From the NCBI RefSeq assembly GCF_964355755.1, contig NC_092673.1, positions 18,659,648-18,723,647 on the forward strand: 64,000 nucleotides of DNA, given 5' to 3'. The notes below the pieces were generated by a model. That model ran no database searches. It was not told the DNA's origin and saw nothing but the letters and a program-made list of their open reading frames with translations. Position numbers and translations under genes: made by a program. Shown here in pieces: positions 56,101 through 64,000 of the stretch. How positions within the stretch are numbered: the first letter of the stretch is position 1; each line of letters opens with the position of its first letter. This stretch comes from Antedon mediterranea. Its lineage: Eukaryota > Animalia > Echinodermata.

Positions 56101-58217
56101 AGGGGTAATTGTCCGGATGGTAGTTGTCCTAGGGGGATACTTGTCCGGATGTTAGTTGTCCTAGAGGGATCATTGTCCGGGTGGTAGTTGTCTGGGTGTT
56201 TGTTGTCCGGGTGTTAATTGTCCGGGTGGTAGTTGTCCGGGTGGTAATTGTCCGGGTGGTAATTGTCCAGGGTGGTAATTGTCCAGGGTGGTAATTGTCC
56301 GGGCGGTAGTTGTCCGGGCGGTAGTTGTCCAGGGGGTAGTTGTCCGGGGGTAGTTGTCCGGGCGGTAGTTGTCCGGGCGGTAGTTGTCCGGGCGGTAGTT
56401 GGCCAGGGGGTAGTTGTCCAGGGGGTAGTTGTCCAGGGGATAGTTGTCCAGGGGGTAGTTGTCCAGGGGGTAGTTGTCCAGGTGGTAGTTGTCCAGGTGG
56501 TAGTTGTGCAGGGGGTAGTTGTGCAGGGGGTGATTGTCCAAGGGGTAGTTGTCCTAGGGTGGTAGTTGCCCTAGGGTGGTAGTTGTCCAGGGGGTAATTG
56601 TCCTAGGGGGTAGTTGTCCTAGGGGGTAGTTGTCCGGGTGCTAGTTGTCCTAGGGGCTAGTTGTCCGGGGGTTAGTTGTCCGGGGGTTAGTTGTCCGGGT
56701 GGTAGTTGTCCGGGTGGTAGTTGTCCGGGTGGTAGTTGTCCGGGTGGTAGTTGTCCGGGTGGTAGTTGTCCAGGGGGTAATTGTTCCGATACGAATGAAA
56801 ACATAAAATGAACTAGATTTAATTCGTCACTATGACGAATTATAGGTTATATGCATTGATTTAAATAAAGATAATTGATTTTTAATATATATATTGATTG
56901 ATTGATTTTCTCAGAATCTTTAATTATTTATAATATATGATAGGACCTTGCTAACGCGAACACCATAGCCGGTATCACAATCCGATCAAATACATATGCG
57001 TATAATGTCATAAACCTCATTTGTTGTTACATAATAATAAAGACATAAGTTAATTTTTATCTAGATTTCATTATAAATCATGTGTATAATCTATACACTA
57101 AGAAATAAATTTGAACAAACAATACGGATAATAAAAAAACATTTATTTTGTTTCGTTTCCCAAGGTGAGACTCGATCTCGGTACTTGAATGCTATAGACA
57201 CGAGCAAAGACCACCGAGCCATACACAACTGACTAAAAGTTATGGAAAGATTCCTCCGTGTATTTACTATGCAGTACCCACTTTGGTGCAGATAGATTAT
57301 TACATACCGCAATGAATTATAATGTTTTACTATGATGACATCTTTAAAAATTAAAAAAAATGATGCACTGTCAAACTATATACTTTTAACTTTAATATAT
57401 GAACTTCTTAAGGAAGAAAGTTAACGTTAAGTTTGTTATTTTGGCCTAAGAAAATGTTATAATTTGTTTGATTGTCGAAATTAATTTTGTTAAATTTAAT
57501 ATGCCATTAATGATGACTTAATCAACTTTTGTTCTTCTAATTTCATAATAAATCATACATATGATACATACACTTCAAGAAAATTAAATAAAAAATAGGT
57601 GTTCCCGAGCATTCTAACGATATATATTAATTTTAAAATTTAGCATATTTTCACCATTTTGTTAACTTACACGTGCGTAGCCCGTCACTTTTGACGTGCT
57701 CGTATAACGCTGTTTCGCGTTGAAAAGTGAATAAAATATGATGATATTATTAAAGAAAGGTTATACAACAGTAATCGGACACAAACAGTGCGCATTAACG
57801 TTTGACGCGCAGTGCGCGTGCAAAAATCTGCGCACTCATGGCAATTTTTTAAACGCCTAAAATTGCCTGAAACGTACTCTAATTTCATCGAAAATAAATT
57901 CTGACAATTTTCAACATTTTAAGCGCGTGTACGCATGCGTTATATGCGCTACGCACGTTATTGTATTGCCATATGATGAAATATGACCTGAAATTTATGA
58001 GTACCAAATTTTGTTTAAAAGTGATTCATGTTTGTGAAGATATGATTACAAACGTGATTTCGTTAAATCGCGCGTAGACCGCGTAATTTTTGATTACGCA
58101 TCGTGAAAACATAACCACATCGATTCCTGGCCATAAGGAATATACTCTGAAAAATTGACTTAGATAGATGAAACTGATGCCAAGATAATTCACGGACAAA
58201 TAGTGCTAAGGAAAGAA

Positions 58218-58256
<39 letters not shown>

Positions 58257-61200
58257 AGATTTTGACAGAATCAAGAGGTTATATGCATATCATGCATATA
58301 ACCTAATAAAGTAGTATACCTACAGGACTATTGCAAACCAGTCACTTAGGCTTTCTTTCTAAATGAATCAATGATGCATTTATGAGCGGCTATTTCATTT
58401 TTTTTTTTGCTTCAATCCTTTTAAAATTTACTCTAAAAATTAATTTGGTTTTTCTTTTGAGAGTAAATAATATTAGTTTTTCTTATATTATCATTTATTT
58501 CATTTTTATATCCATATATTGTTTTTGTTTTATGTGTCAGATTGACATGAAACCACCTATAGATGATGATGATGGTATTGTTGTTGACTACAATAACCAT
58601 GGCAACAATGATGGTATGTAACTTTCTCTTAAATTTTAATTATAATTACACAAGACAAAAACATTCTAATTATTCTTACATTTTTGTAGTAAAAGCACTA
58701 ATAAATAAGTTTAACATGACAGTCCAACTTATACAACGTAATTTTGAAAACTACAACCATTTTTCTATATACATACAACGTACATTTCTAGTTGAACAAA
58801 AACATTTTTCTAAACTTTCTATTATTTAAAAGTCGAAGATAGCCAGGTCTCGGGTCCATTCTATTGTCGCCACAGATTGATATCTTCAACAGTACTTCTA
58901 TGAACGGATGATTAGGTGGGAACACAAACGCTAGTTGATCATACCCAGTACCGTTTTGATCGTACGATTAATCGGGAAACCACCTCACGACATAGTCGAA
59001 AGACGCTGTACATGCAGGCTTGATGGGCATGTTTCCAAGTTAGCAAAGTTAAACAAAGATGAACTAAAACACTTAATTAAAACCTTAAAAGGGGCTTACA
59101 AAGATGCTTATTTTTTTGTATGAATCTAGAAGAATCAAAGTGAATTCACAGTCTACACCTACTATATAATATACATAAATATATACTGGGCTTATACAAA
59201 TGTGCAGATTAATAGTTTGTACATATTAAAGTATCCTTTCATATCTACCATCCCCTTTCACTTACCTTCCCGGTGCGAAAGCTCATATGATGATAATGAA
59301 GACAACTATACTCATAGTAACTTTTTAACTGACTGATTAAATATGATGAATTAAAATTTTTGAAATAAAATTATGCTTGTTACGCCGTTTGTGGAATGAC
59401 CAAAAAATTTGTTTCCACTACAGGTACTGATACAGCTACTCAAGCTGTTCCATTTGATACAGATCAACAATTAGATAAAGATGTAATCAAGAAAGTTGAG
59501 GAAAATAAGGAGGAGACTTTGGAAGAAACATTCAACATCTGGGACCATGGGGGACAATTAATATACCATGGTCTACATCGGGTAAGTAGGTTTCTGTATA
59601 GACTAACATGATTGTATGGCCAAGGTATAGTTGGTCTCCCGTCGTGCTGATCTGGTAGGCGCTTCACTGCTGGCTGCTGTTGGTCAGTGTCAGTGGTCAA
59701 GCTCACTTTTCAGTTAAGCTTGAGGACAACTATTAATACCTTTACCTTTTACCTTTATGAAAGTCTTTATTATATTAATATGTATTGTCCCCTGAAAAAA
59801 TAATTCTTAAAATTTTTTTTTTAATATTCCATTTTAATGTAACATAATAGTTATCCACTTTGACCACAAATTGGATCGAAAAAAAAAATGTATATACCTG
59901 AAAAAATGTAATTTAAAGCAAAAAATTGTCAAATTGGCTACCAGCCAATGGATTTTTATATTTTGTCAATTTATAAGTGAAAACATTATTTTTTTCGTTT
60001 TTTTTTTCAATGGAAGTGATTAACTTTATTAAAACTACAAAATAAATATTCAAATTCTGATTTAATTAATCTTCATTTTTCATGTTTTTGGGGGACAATA
60101 CATCTTTAAGGTCCACATACAATTAAAAATAATATTTGTTCATATGTTGTCAAAAGGCCTTCAAGAATATTAATCAGTCAATATTTAAATATTTTTGCAG
60201 ATGTTCATGACACTTCAAGCACTATATATTGTTGTGTTTGATCTCAGTAAACCCTTGGATGATCTTGCTACTTTCATTGATTCATCTGGAGTAAGTATTT
60301 CTAGAGCATGGCAGCAGTAAGGTATTGTGATTGAACAAGTCTTCTAATTTATAAGAACAGTTTTTAAAAACTAAGCATTTCAAGTTTAACTGTGGTTAAT
60401 TGTTCTGTAATTCTTTTTCAGAGGAAATTTCAACATCATTGGACCAATCTCCAGTTCATATTATCTTACATGCTGTCAGTTTATTCTCATAGTCGTATTG
60501 TGGAAGAAGATGAGGAAAATGAAGTTGACAAACCAACTATCCTTATTGTGGGTACACACAAGGGTAAGCTTGGTAAGACTGAAAAACAGCAAAATGATGA
60601 GGTTAATACTTCTTTTGTTTCTATATCATTATAAATAGCCACAACCAAAGATACATTGCAGTTGTAACTGTTTTTAAATATTACTTTAAATAAATTACAA
60701 AATTGACACATTCTTATTATGCGTAAACTGTTATTAAAATTATTTACAAACAGGCAGAAAAGGTGTTTAAAATTATTCAAGATGTGCTTAAAACTAAACC
60801 ATATGGAAATCATGTCTACCACAAATATTTTGCCATTGAAAACAGTCAACCAACTACAGATAAGAGCTTTAGTGATCTCAAACAAGTTATTGATACACTT
60901 ATGAAAGCATTAGAACAGCCTTTTCCTTTAAAGTGGATGCGTTTTCGATGTGATCTACATGATCTAAGAGGAAAAAAACAGCCCTCCTTTTCTTTGTGTC
61001 CTTTAAAAGAGGTAAATGTTATTTGTTTTGTTTACATTTTTCGAAATATTAAGTCGCAAGTATCTATCAAGTATCTAAAAAAAAAATTAACGTTTCTAAA
61101 TATAAGTACCCTTTAATTAAAAAATGTCCATAGCCTAGCCAATTAGATTACAATATCCAAAATCAAATTTTCATCTCAGATATTTGCTGCCATTGTTTTA

Positions 61201-64000
61201 TTTATAAATTGTGTGTTTGAAAATACTGAGGTAATTAGCCATTGAAATTCAATATTTCAAACTATTTTTTCATATAATACCCACATTTTTTATTTAATTC
61301 TGAATAATACTAATTATTATTTCTTTTAGATCAAAATTCTGACAAGTAAGAATGGTATTGTTGAAGAAAAAAACAAATCAGTCCTGCTTAACTTCTTGTA
61401 CGATCTTGGTGAAATTGTTTACATGCCTGACAACAAATTATTAAGAGATAAAGTCGTGCTTGATCCGATGAGGCTGGTTGAAATTGTCACCAAATTTGTA
61501 ACTGTGGTTCCCCCAAAATATCCCGTAAGTAGACTCATGTAATGTCTTGCATTGTAAAAACGTGTTGCCGTAGTATAATTACTCCTGTTCTGTGTAATTT
61601 ATTATTCCTTAGCAAAGAATTTGTCATTGATAATATTTGATAGAGATGCTTAACATTTTCTATAGATAAAATAAAAGTATGCCGTAAGGCATCATTTGTA
61701 ATTCACTGTAATTTTTTTACAAGTTTTAATTAGTTCACTTTTAATATTCTGCTTTCAATCTATTATAATTGAAGAACTATAAAAGTGAATAGCAAACTAA
61801 CTTGGAGTCATTTCACAGTTTAACCCTTTTACTGCGTGTACCCGGTATTACCGGGTATAAACATGTCGTCCAACTGCATATAACCATCATTACCGGGTAT
61901 GCCGGTATTAAACTATTTTCCTGCACTACATGTGACCTCTATATTTTTTAATATCGTCTTCTGTAATGATGTCATTAGTATGCAAATTACCATTTTTTTA
62001 TCCACCACAAAAATATTTACAAAATTATCTCATTTAGTAGGTTTTTGCAATTTATTAAAAATCACCTGTCTCTCATTGTTACGCACAGTGAAAGGGTTAA
62101 ACCACAATACTGTATTATACCAAATACCAACACATGGTTCATCTATATTCTAAATGCTATTTCCGTCATCCTCACAAAATACGATGCATGGTTGATAGTT
62201 GGTTTTTTTTTAGGCCGCTAAATTTAGAGAATCTTTTGATAAGCTGGACAAAGGCATACTGGAAGAAGACTTGTTGCGAAAATTATGGAAAGATAGTAAA
62301 GTTGACAACGGAAAGAATTTTGAGTTCCTTGTAGCACTGATGATTCAATTAGGTTTTATTTGTGAGAGGAAGACAACCATCAGCCAAGATGTGGCAAGTA
62401 CATCTACAGTAGGTTTTGTTTCTTTAATCTTTCATTTTATGCATGTAAGATTTGGGATAAAAAGTATTATTTTAATAGTTTGGATGTTTAATGTTCAGAC
62501 AAAGCTTGAATAAACTTTCTAATGAAAATGTCTACATGACAGAGTATCTTTAGTTTGCTTAAAATAGTTTAAATGGCATTGTTACAAATTAACAATTTCA
62601 GAAATCAGTTGGAAAACGATCCTTTTTTGTGCCACTGCGACTTGCTATCAAGACAAGTAAAGTGAGACAATTACCTGATGATTCACAATCTATCAGCAGG
62701 CCTATCTATTATGACTTTGAGGGATATCTGCCAGACGTGTTGTTTCCGTATTTAATTATTGAATTCCTTAACAAATTTCAAAAGGAAGGAGTTAACCCAA
62801 TACTCGCATGTAATTATGCAGAACTTTACCTCGACGAAAATCATCATGTGACTTTGTCTCTTGACAAATTTATTACTAAGAATGATGAGCGAAAGTTCTT
62901 GTTAAAGGTAATATATAATCTCTAATGTTCAATAAATATCACTAAATTATGAAAGTTAAATATTGTTGCTTAGTCTTTCCCTGATCTGTCATGTCAGAAT
63001 CTACTTTAAATGCATATAAAACTAAAACTAAATTCTGATAACAAAACATTACATCTATTTTTACTTTCTAGATGGCTATTAAAAGAACAGATTCTTTTGA
63101 TGAAACGAGTAATGAGGAGCCTTCAGCTGAAGCATGTAAATTGGTATGTATCTATACCAGTTTTGTTATCTATCTATTTGAAGGTAGTTTATGAAAATAC
63201 ACGTAGAAAGTTTTCTCCTCAATTTTTTGTCAGGTTTGCTTGATGTCTGAAAATGTCTGCATATTTACAATGTATACTGATTTTAAAAACCAATTACATA
63301 TTACTTTCCAACATTGCATTGTATAGTATAATAATGAATGTCTATGAGTTGGATGGTAAGAATATTTTATGAGTTGAAAGATTGACTGCACTATTTTTAA
63401 CAAAGCATAGCCGAAAATAGAGCAATCAATGAATAACATATTCTCTCCATTCAACGAATACAAAACATTCATTATTTATTTTATAACACACCTATTTTTG
63501 ATTAAATTTGTCCATCGTAAATCAGTGACGAATGTTAGGTCCGGGAAGCTAGGTCATTTAAAAAGGCGGTGATCCAACTTTGGACACGGAGTAGAACCGT
63601 AAACAGCGTAAACAAATTACATCCATGTTCTCTTTTATTTTTGTAATTGAATTGTAATTAATTTTAATATGTATCTGCCTATTCAAAGATTTATTCCCAA
63701 TCAAGTTTTCAGATTTACACCATAAATCTAAAAACATTGCCTGCCTCACATTACATAAAATTTCTAACTTTGTAAGCTACTGCACCATTGATGCTTTTAT
63801 ATTTGTTGATATGATATTTGTTAAATTCAATTAAATTCAAATCAACCTTAAATTTATATCTTTAGGTTTTGTCAACAGTTGAGAAGTCATTCAAGCAATC
63901 TAAAGATGGTGGTAGAAGAGGGATTCCATTCAAGAGATGCATTCCTTGTCGGTGTAGTGATCAATTAGACAAAAAGCATTTTCAAATTCTTAAAGATTTC
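25993..64000 (+). CDS. Ankyrin-repeat + Roc-COR (ROCO family) GTPase gene, partial at both ends; 24 coding exons reconstructed
   Basis: All exons listed below join in frame through GT-AG introns without stops; motifs GQEGVGKT (P-loop), TDGI (switch I), WDHGGQ (switch II), VVFDLS, VGTHK, FAIEN, P.PLKW, FLYDLG.I.Y, VVLDP..L are the Roc-COR signature order. Confidence 0.92.
27892..28580. mobile_element. MITE with GGCC termini, PIF/Harbinger-like
   Basis: TIR GGCCATGTAAAAAAAAAA..TTGTTGATC / GATCAACAA..TTTTTTTTTACATGGCC; interrupts tttcaca|taatgtc seen intact in other units; TAA on the right, left TSD imperfect. Confidence 0.75.
28632..28742 (+). CDS. Ankyrin exon A2: NGDTPLHSYLGSIYIAPTLEIVTCLIQHGAPVALQNK
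   Basis: AG/GT boundaries, 111 nt, phase 0-0, TPLH motif. Confidence 0.9.
29732..31571. mobile_element. Non-autonomous TIR transposon with CAG ends and 5-bp TSD
   Basis: Perfect 16-bp TIR CAGTGTTCTCCCCAGG / CCTGGGGAGAACACTG; CTGGT duplicated at 29727-29731 and 31572-31576; subterminal AAGCGTCACG repeats; internal ~175-bp tandem repeats at ~29925-30800. Confidence 0.9.
32031..32141 (+). CDS. Ankyrin exon A3: YGNTLLHSYLRNVYTAPTLEIVTCLKQHGAPVALQNK
   Basis: AG/GT boundaries, 111 nt, phase 0-0. Confidence 0.9.
33129..34610 (+). mobile_element. Complete HINE family-2 element
   Basis: 5' palindrome AGGTTATATGCA-ttatca-TGCATATAACCT, (TTTA)n, 3' TGCATATAACCT + hairpin AATTCGTCA-tag-TGACGAATT + CTAGT; empty site gcttaattatgacattgg at ~40352. 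Confidence 0.9.
35077..35184 (+). CDS. Ankyrin exon A4: FGDTPLHSYLGSRYTPTLEILTFLIQHGAPVALQNK
   Basis: AG/GT boundaries, 108 nt, phase 0-0; not in the ORF track. Confidence 0.9.
35916..36954. mobile_element. PIF/Harbinger-like MITE
   Basis: TIR GACCCCATTTACACTTCA / TGAAGTGTAAATGGGGTC; TAA TSD; subterminal GTGTTTACACTT and GCCGGCCCGAAG repeats; empty site actagtaagtgtc at ~41629. Confidence 0.9.
37738..37845 (+). CDS. Ankyrin exon A5: DGYTPLNSYLGSVYTPTLEIVTCLIQHGAPVSLQNE
   Basis: AG/GT boundaries, 108 nt, phase 0-0. Confidence 0.9.
39272..39382 (+). CDS. Ankyrin exon A6: SGNTLLHSYLRNVYTAPTLGIVMCLIQHGAPVALQNK
   Basis: AG/GT boundaries, 111 nt, phase 0-0. Confidence 0.9.
40833..40940 (+). CDS. 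Ankyrin exon A7: YGDTPLHSYLGSGYTPTLEILTFLIQHGAPVALQNK
   Basis: AG/GT boundaries, 108 nt, phase 0-0. Confidence 0.9.
42381..42488 (+). CDS. Ankyrin exon A8: DGDTPLNSYLGSVYTPTLEIVTCLIQHGAPVALQNK
   Basis: AG/GT boundaries, 108 nt, phase 0-0. Confidence 0.9.
43488..45102. mobile_element. Tc1/mariner-superfamily (pogo/Tc2-like) non-autonomous element
   Basis: TIR CCGTATATTTCGGT.TATAAGTCGCAC / GTGCGACTTATACACCGAAATATACGG; TA TSD; interrupts ttttcattaggtgtt seen intact in other units. Confidence 0.9.
44260..45022. mobile_element. Mutator (MULE)-like MITE nested in the mariner-type element
   Basis: ~80-bp TIRs (C.CCGTGGTTAGGATTCCGGCACCGGAAC...CATGCCCAGAGC); 9-bp TSD TACAAAAAA at 44251-44259 and 45023-45031. 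Confidence 0.88.
45558..45662 (+). CDS. Ankyrin exon A9: SGDTLLHSYLGRGDPTLEIVTCLIQHGVPVALQNK
   Basis: AG/GT boundaries, 105 nt, phase 0-0; not in the ORF track. Confidence 0.9.
46487..47764 (+). mobile_element. Non-autonomous canonical Helitron
   Basis: 5' TCTATATATA, 3' CTAG, inserted between A and T of tgagaa|ttacctt with no TSD; empty site intact in other units; 3' hairpin not clearly seen. Confidence 0.85.
48372..48406 (+). pseudogene. Truncated ankyrin exon A10 (NGDTLLHLYVRS...)
   Basis: Intact acceptor but only ~35 nt of exon before the sequence jumps back into intron sequence; read-through hits TAG near 48477. Confidence 0.8.
48832..48853 (+). pseudogene. 3' remnant of ankyrin exon A11
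   Basis: caccagcaacattgcaaataag|gtaatgtacaggga; acceptor and most of the exon deleted. Confidence 0.75.
49351..49435 (+). CDS. Terminal (capping) ankyrin-like exon: DGNTPVSVLENNGWIRDQGKTEILNFFK
   Basis: ttttttaatAG acceptor, GTAAGT donor, 85 nt, phase 0-1, which is exactly the phase needed to join the array to the next exon. Confidence 0.85.
50179..50272 (-). mobile_element. Possible internally deleted third HINE-like element
   Basis: AACAAG + small hairpin GCCAT-atag-ATGGC, AGTCGC, ccgaccgac tract, degenerate terminal palindrome agtggcgttgcacatgact + A-run. Confidence 0.35.
50750..51830 (-). mobile_element. Degenerate LINE ORF2 3' fragment (CR1/L2-like)
   Basis: Minus strand reads HLLYAADLLLFA (decayed YADD), ..FCDIWGLSVNVNK*KIMVF, FDKVLPILIYG and AVKSELGR...YW, with frameshifts and stops. 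Confidence 0.75.
52411..52503 (+). CDS. Linker exon: (N)LPSTVDEQFQTQFQKQTSDEQKTKLLKPES
   Basis: ttttttAG / GTAAGT, 93 nt, phase 1-1, open frame. Confidence 0.8.
52814..53745 (+). mobile_element. Internally deleted HINE family-2 copy lacking the 3' hairpin
   Basis: Homologous to 33129-34610; ends TGCATATAACCT-aatt-CTAGT. Confidence 0.85.
53810..53957 (+). CDS. Roc exon with P-loop GQEGVGKT
   Basis: DIAARELDFQKAYNEALKDGSVPVNLGMLKVIGQEGVGKTCLINACLGKE; phase 1-2, GTAAGT donor. Confidence 0.93.
54361..54446 (+). CDS. Roc exon with switch I (FEEKHVVTDGI)
   Basis: ttttgccAG / GTaaac; 86 nt, phase 2-1. Confidence 0.88.
54780..54844 (+). CDS. Roc insertion exon: GNTIQQYTKMVTDKLRKKKTVN
   Basis: Strong polypyrimidine acceptor tctctttctctacAG, GTATGT donor; 65 nt, phase 1-0. 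Confidence 0.78.
54871..56793. mobile_element. Foldback (TU-like) element with 15-bp tandem-repeat arms
   Basis: 8-bp TSD AATGAAAA (54863-54870, 56794-56801); left arm ~9x GGACAACTACCCCCT, right arm ~90x AGGGGGTAGTTGTCC; inner non-repetitive inverted pair ~55020-55058 / ~55250-55287. Confidence 0.88.
56812..58304 (-). mobile_element. Complete HINE family-2 element
   Basis: Reverse-complement copy of 33129-34610 with both termini and (TAAA)n. Confidence 0.9.
58541..58613 (+). CDS. Roc insertion exon: IDMKPPIDDDDGIVVDYNNHGNND
   Basis: gtgtcAG / GTATGT; 73 nt, phase 0-1. Confidence 0.75.
59424..59581 (+). CDS. Roc exon with switch II (FNIWDHGGQLIYHGLHR)
   Basis: 158 nt, phase 1-0, GTAAGT donor; resembles Roc WDF(A/G)GQxxYxxxH. 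Confidence 0.93.
59779..60105. mobile_element. Short TIR element (Kolobok-like MITE)
   Basis: ATGTATTGTCCCC (59780) / GGGGACAATACAT (60091-60103); TTAA close to both ends. Confidence 0.55.
60201..60290 (+). CDS. Roc exon: MFMTLQALYIVVFDLSKPLDDLATFIDSSG
   Basis: tttgcAG / GTAAGT; 90 nt; Roc A.Y..VFDLS strand. Confidence 0.92.
60422..60601 (+). CDS. Roc exon with G4 region (PTILIVGTHKGKL)
   Basis: 180 nt, phase 0-0; donor gag|GTtaat is weak but frame-consistent. Confidence 0.85.
60754..61011 (+). CDS. Roc G5 (YFAIENS) and start of COR (PFPLKW)
   Basis: 258 nt, phase 0-0. Confidence 0.9.
61330..61524 (+). CDS. COR exon (LLNFLYDLGEIVY...DKVVLDPMRLVEIV)
   Basis: 195 nt, phase 0-0, GTAAGT donor; matches COR L.FLHDLG.I.Y and V.LDP.WL motifs. 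Confidence 0.92.
61824..62096. mobile_element. piggyBac-like MITE
   Basis: TTAA TSD; TIR CCCTTTTACTGCGTGTA / TACGCACAGTGAAAGGG. Confidence 0.85.
62214..62408 (+). CDS. COR exon (KGILEEDLLRKLW...FLVALMIQLGFIC)
   Basis: 195 nt, phase 0-0, GTAGGT donor. Confidence 0.9.
62602..62907 (+). CDS. COR exon (RSFFVPLRL...YLPDVLFPYLI...)
   Basis: 306 nt, phase 0-0. Confidence 0.9.
63072..63143 (+). CDS. Exon: MAIKRTDSFDETSNEEPSAEACKL
   Basis: ttactttctAG / GTATGT; 72 nt, phase 0-0. Confidence 0.8.
63866..64000 (+). CDS. Exon running off the window: VLSTVEKSFKQSKDGGRRGIPFKRCIPCRCSDQLDKKHFQILKDF
   Basis: atctttAG acceptor; frame open to the end of the window. Confidence 0.8.

Noticed and set aside
55700-56804. 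ORFs such as GGSCPGGSCP, VVVQGVVVQG, LPPGQLPPGQ, DNYPLDNYPL
   Set aside because: Translations of the 15-bp minisatellite inside a TSD-flanked foldback element; open frames follow from the unit length being a multiple of 3
33531-57888. Twin ORFs MKLEYVSGNF... (33531 and 57685) as a transposase
   Set aside because: Short, inside non-autonomous HINE-2 copies, and lacking Rep/helicase motifs
58830-59720. GC-richer intronic patches (~58830-59050, ~59610-59710) as ncRNA or extra exons
   Set aside because: No tRNA/snRNA motifs recognised, and the flanking exons already join in frame without them
53810-64000. Naming the gene LRRK1/2, DAPK1 or MFHAS1
   Set aside because: No LRR or kinase domain is seen in the window and the C-terminus is out of view; only ROCO family membership is supported

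Overview
AT-rich, intron-rich animal genomic DNA; an echinoderm-like marine invertebrate is a weak inference from the repeat families. 1-25 kb is almost all repeat: a near-perfect 1.9-kb palindrome, a 71-bp satellite with a higher-order duplication, and a large pile-up of tandem and self-nested Helentron-type non-autonomous elements (HINE/DINE-1 architecture). 25-64 kb holds one + strand multi-exon gene that I spliced by hand (GT-AG, frame-consistent): nine tandemly duplicated one-ankyrin-repeat cassette exons (all phase 0-0), a capping ankyrin exon, a linker, then a Roc GTPase and COR domain (ROCO family). Its start codon was not found and its 3' end runs off the window. Most interesting: the ankyrin exons vary mainly at ankyrin binding-surface positions; every ~1.55-kb repeat unit carries an old Helitron copy; and the Roc G4 motif reads THKG instead of THxD. 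The introns also hold many DNA-transposon insertions with clean target-site duplications. All calls were made by eye with no database searches.
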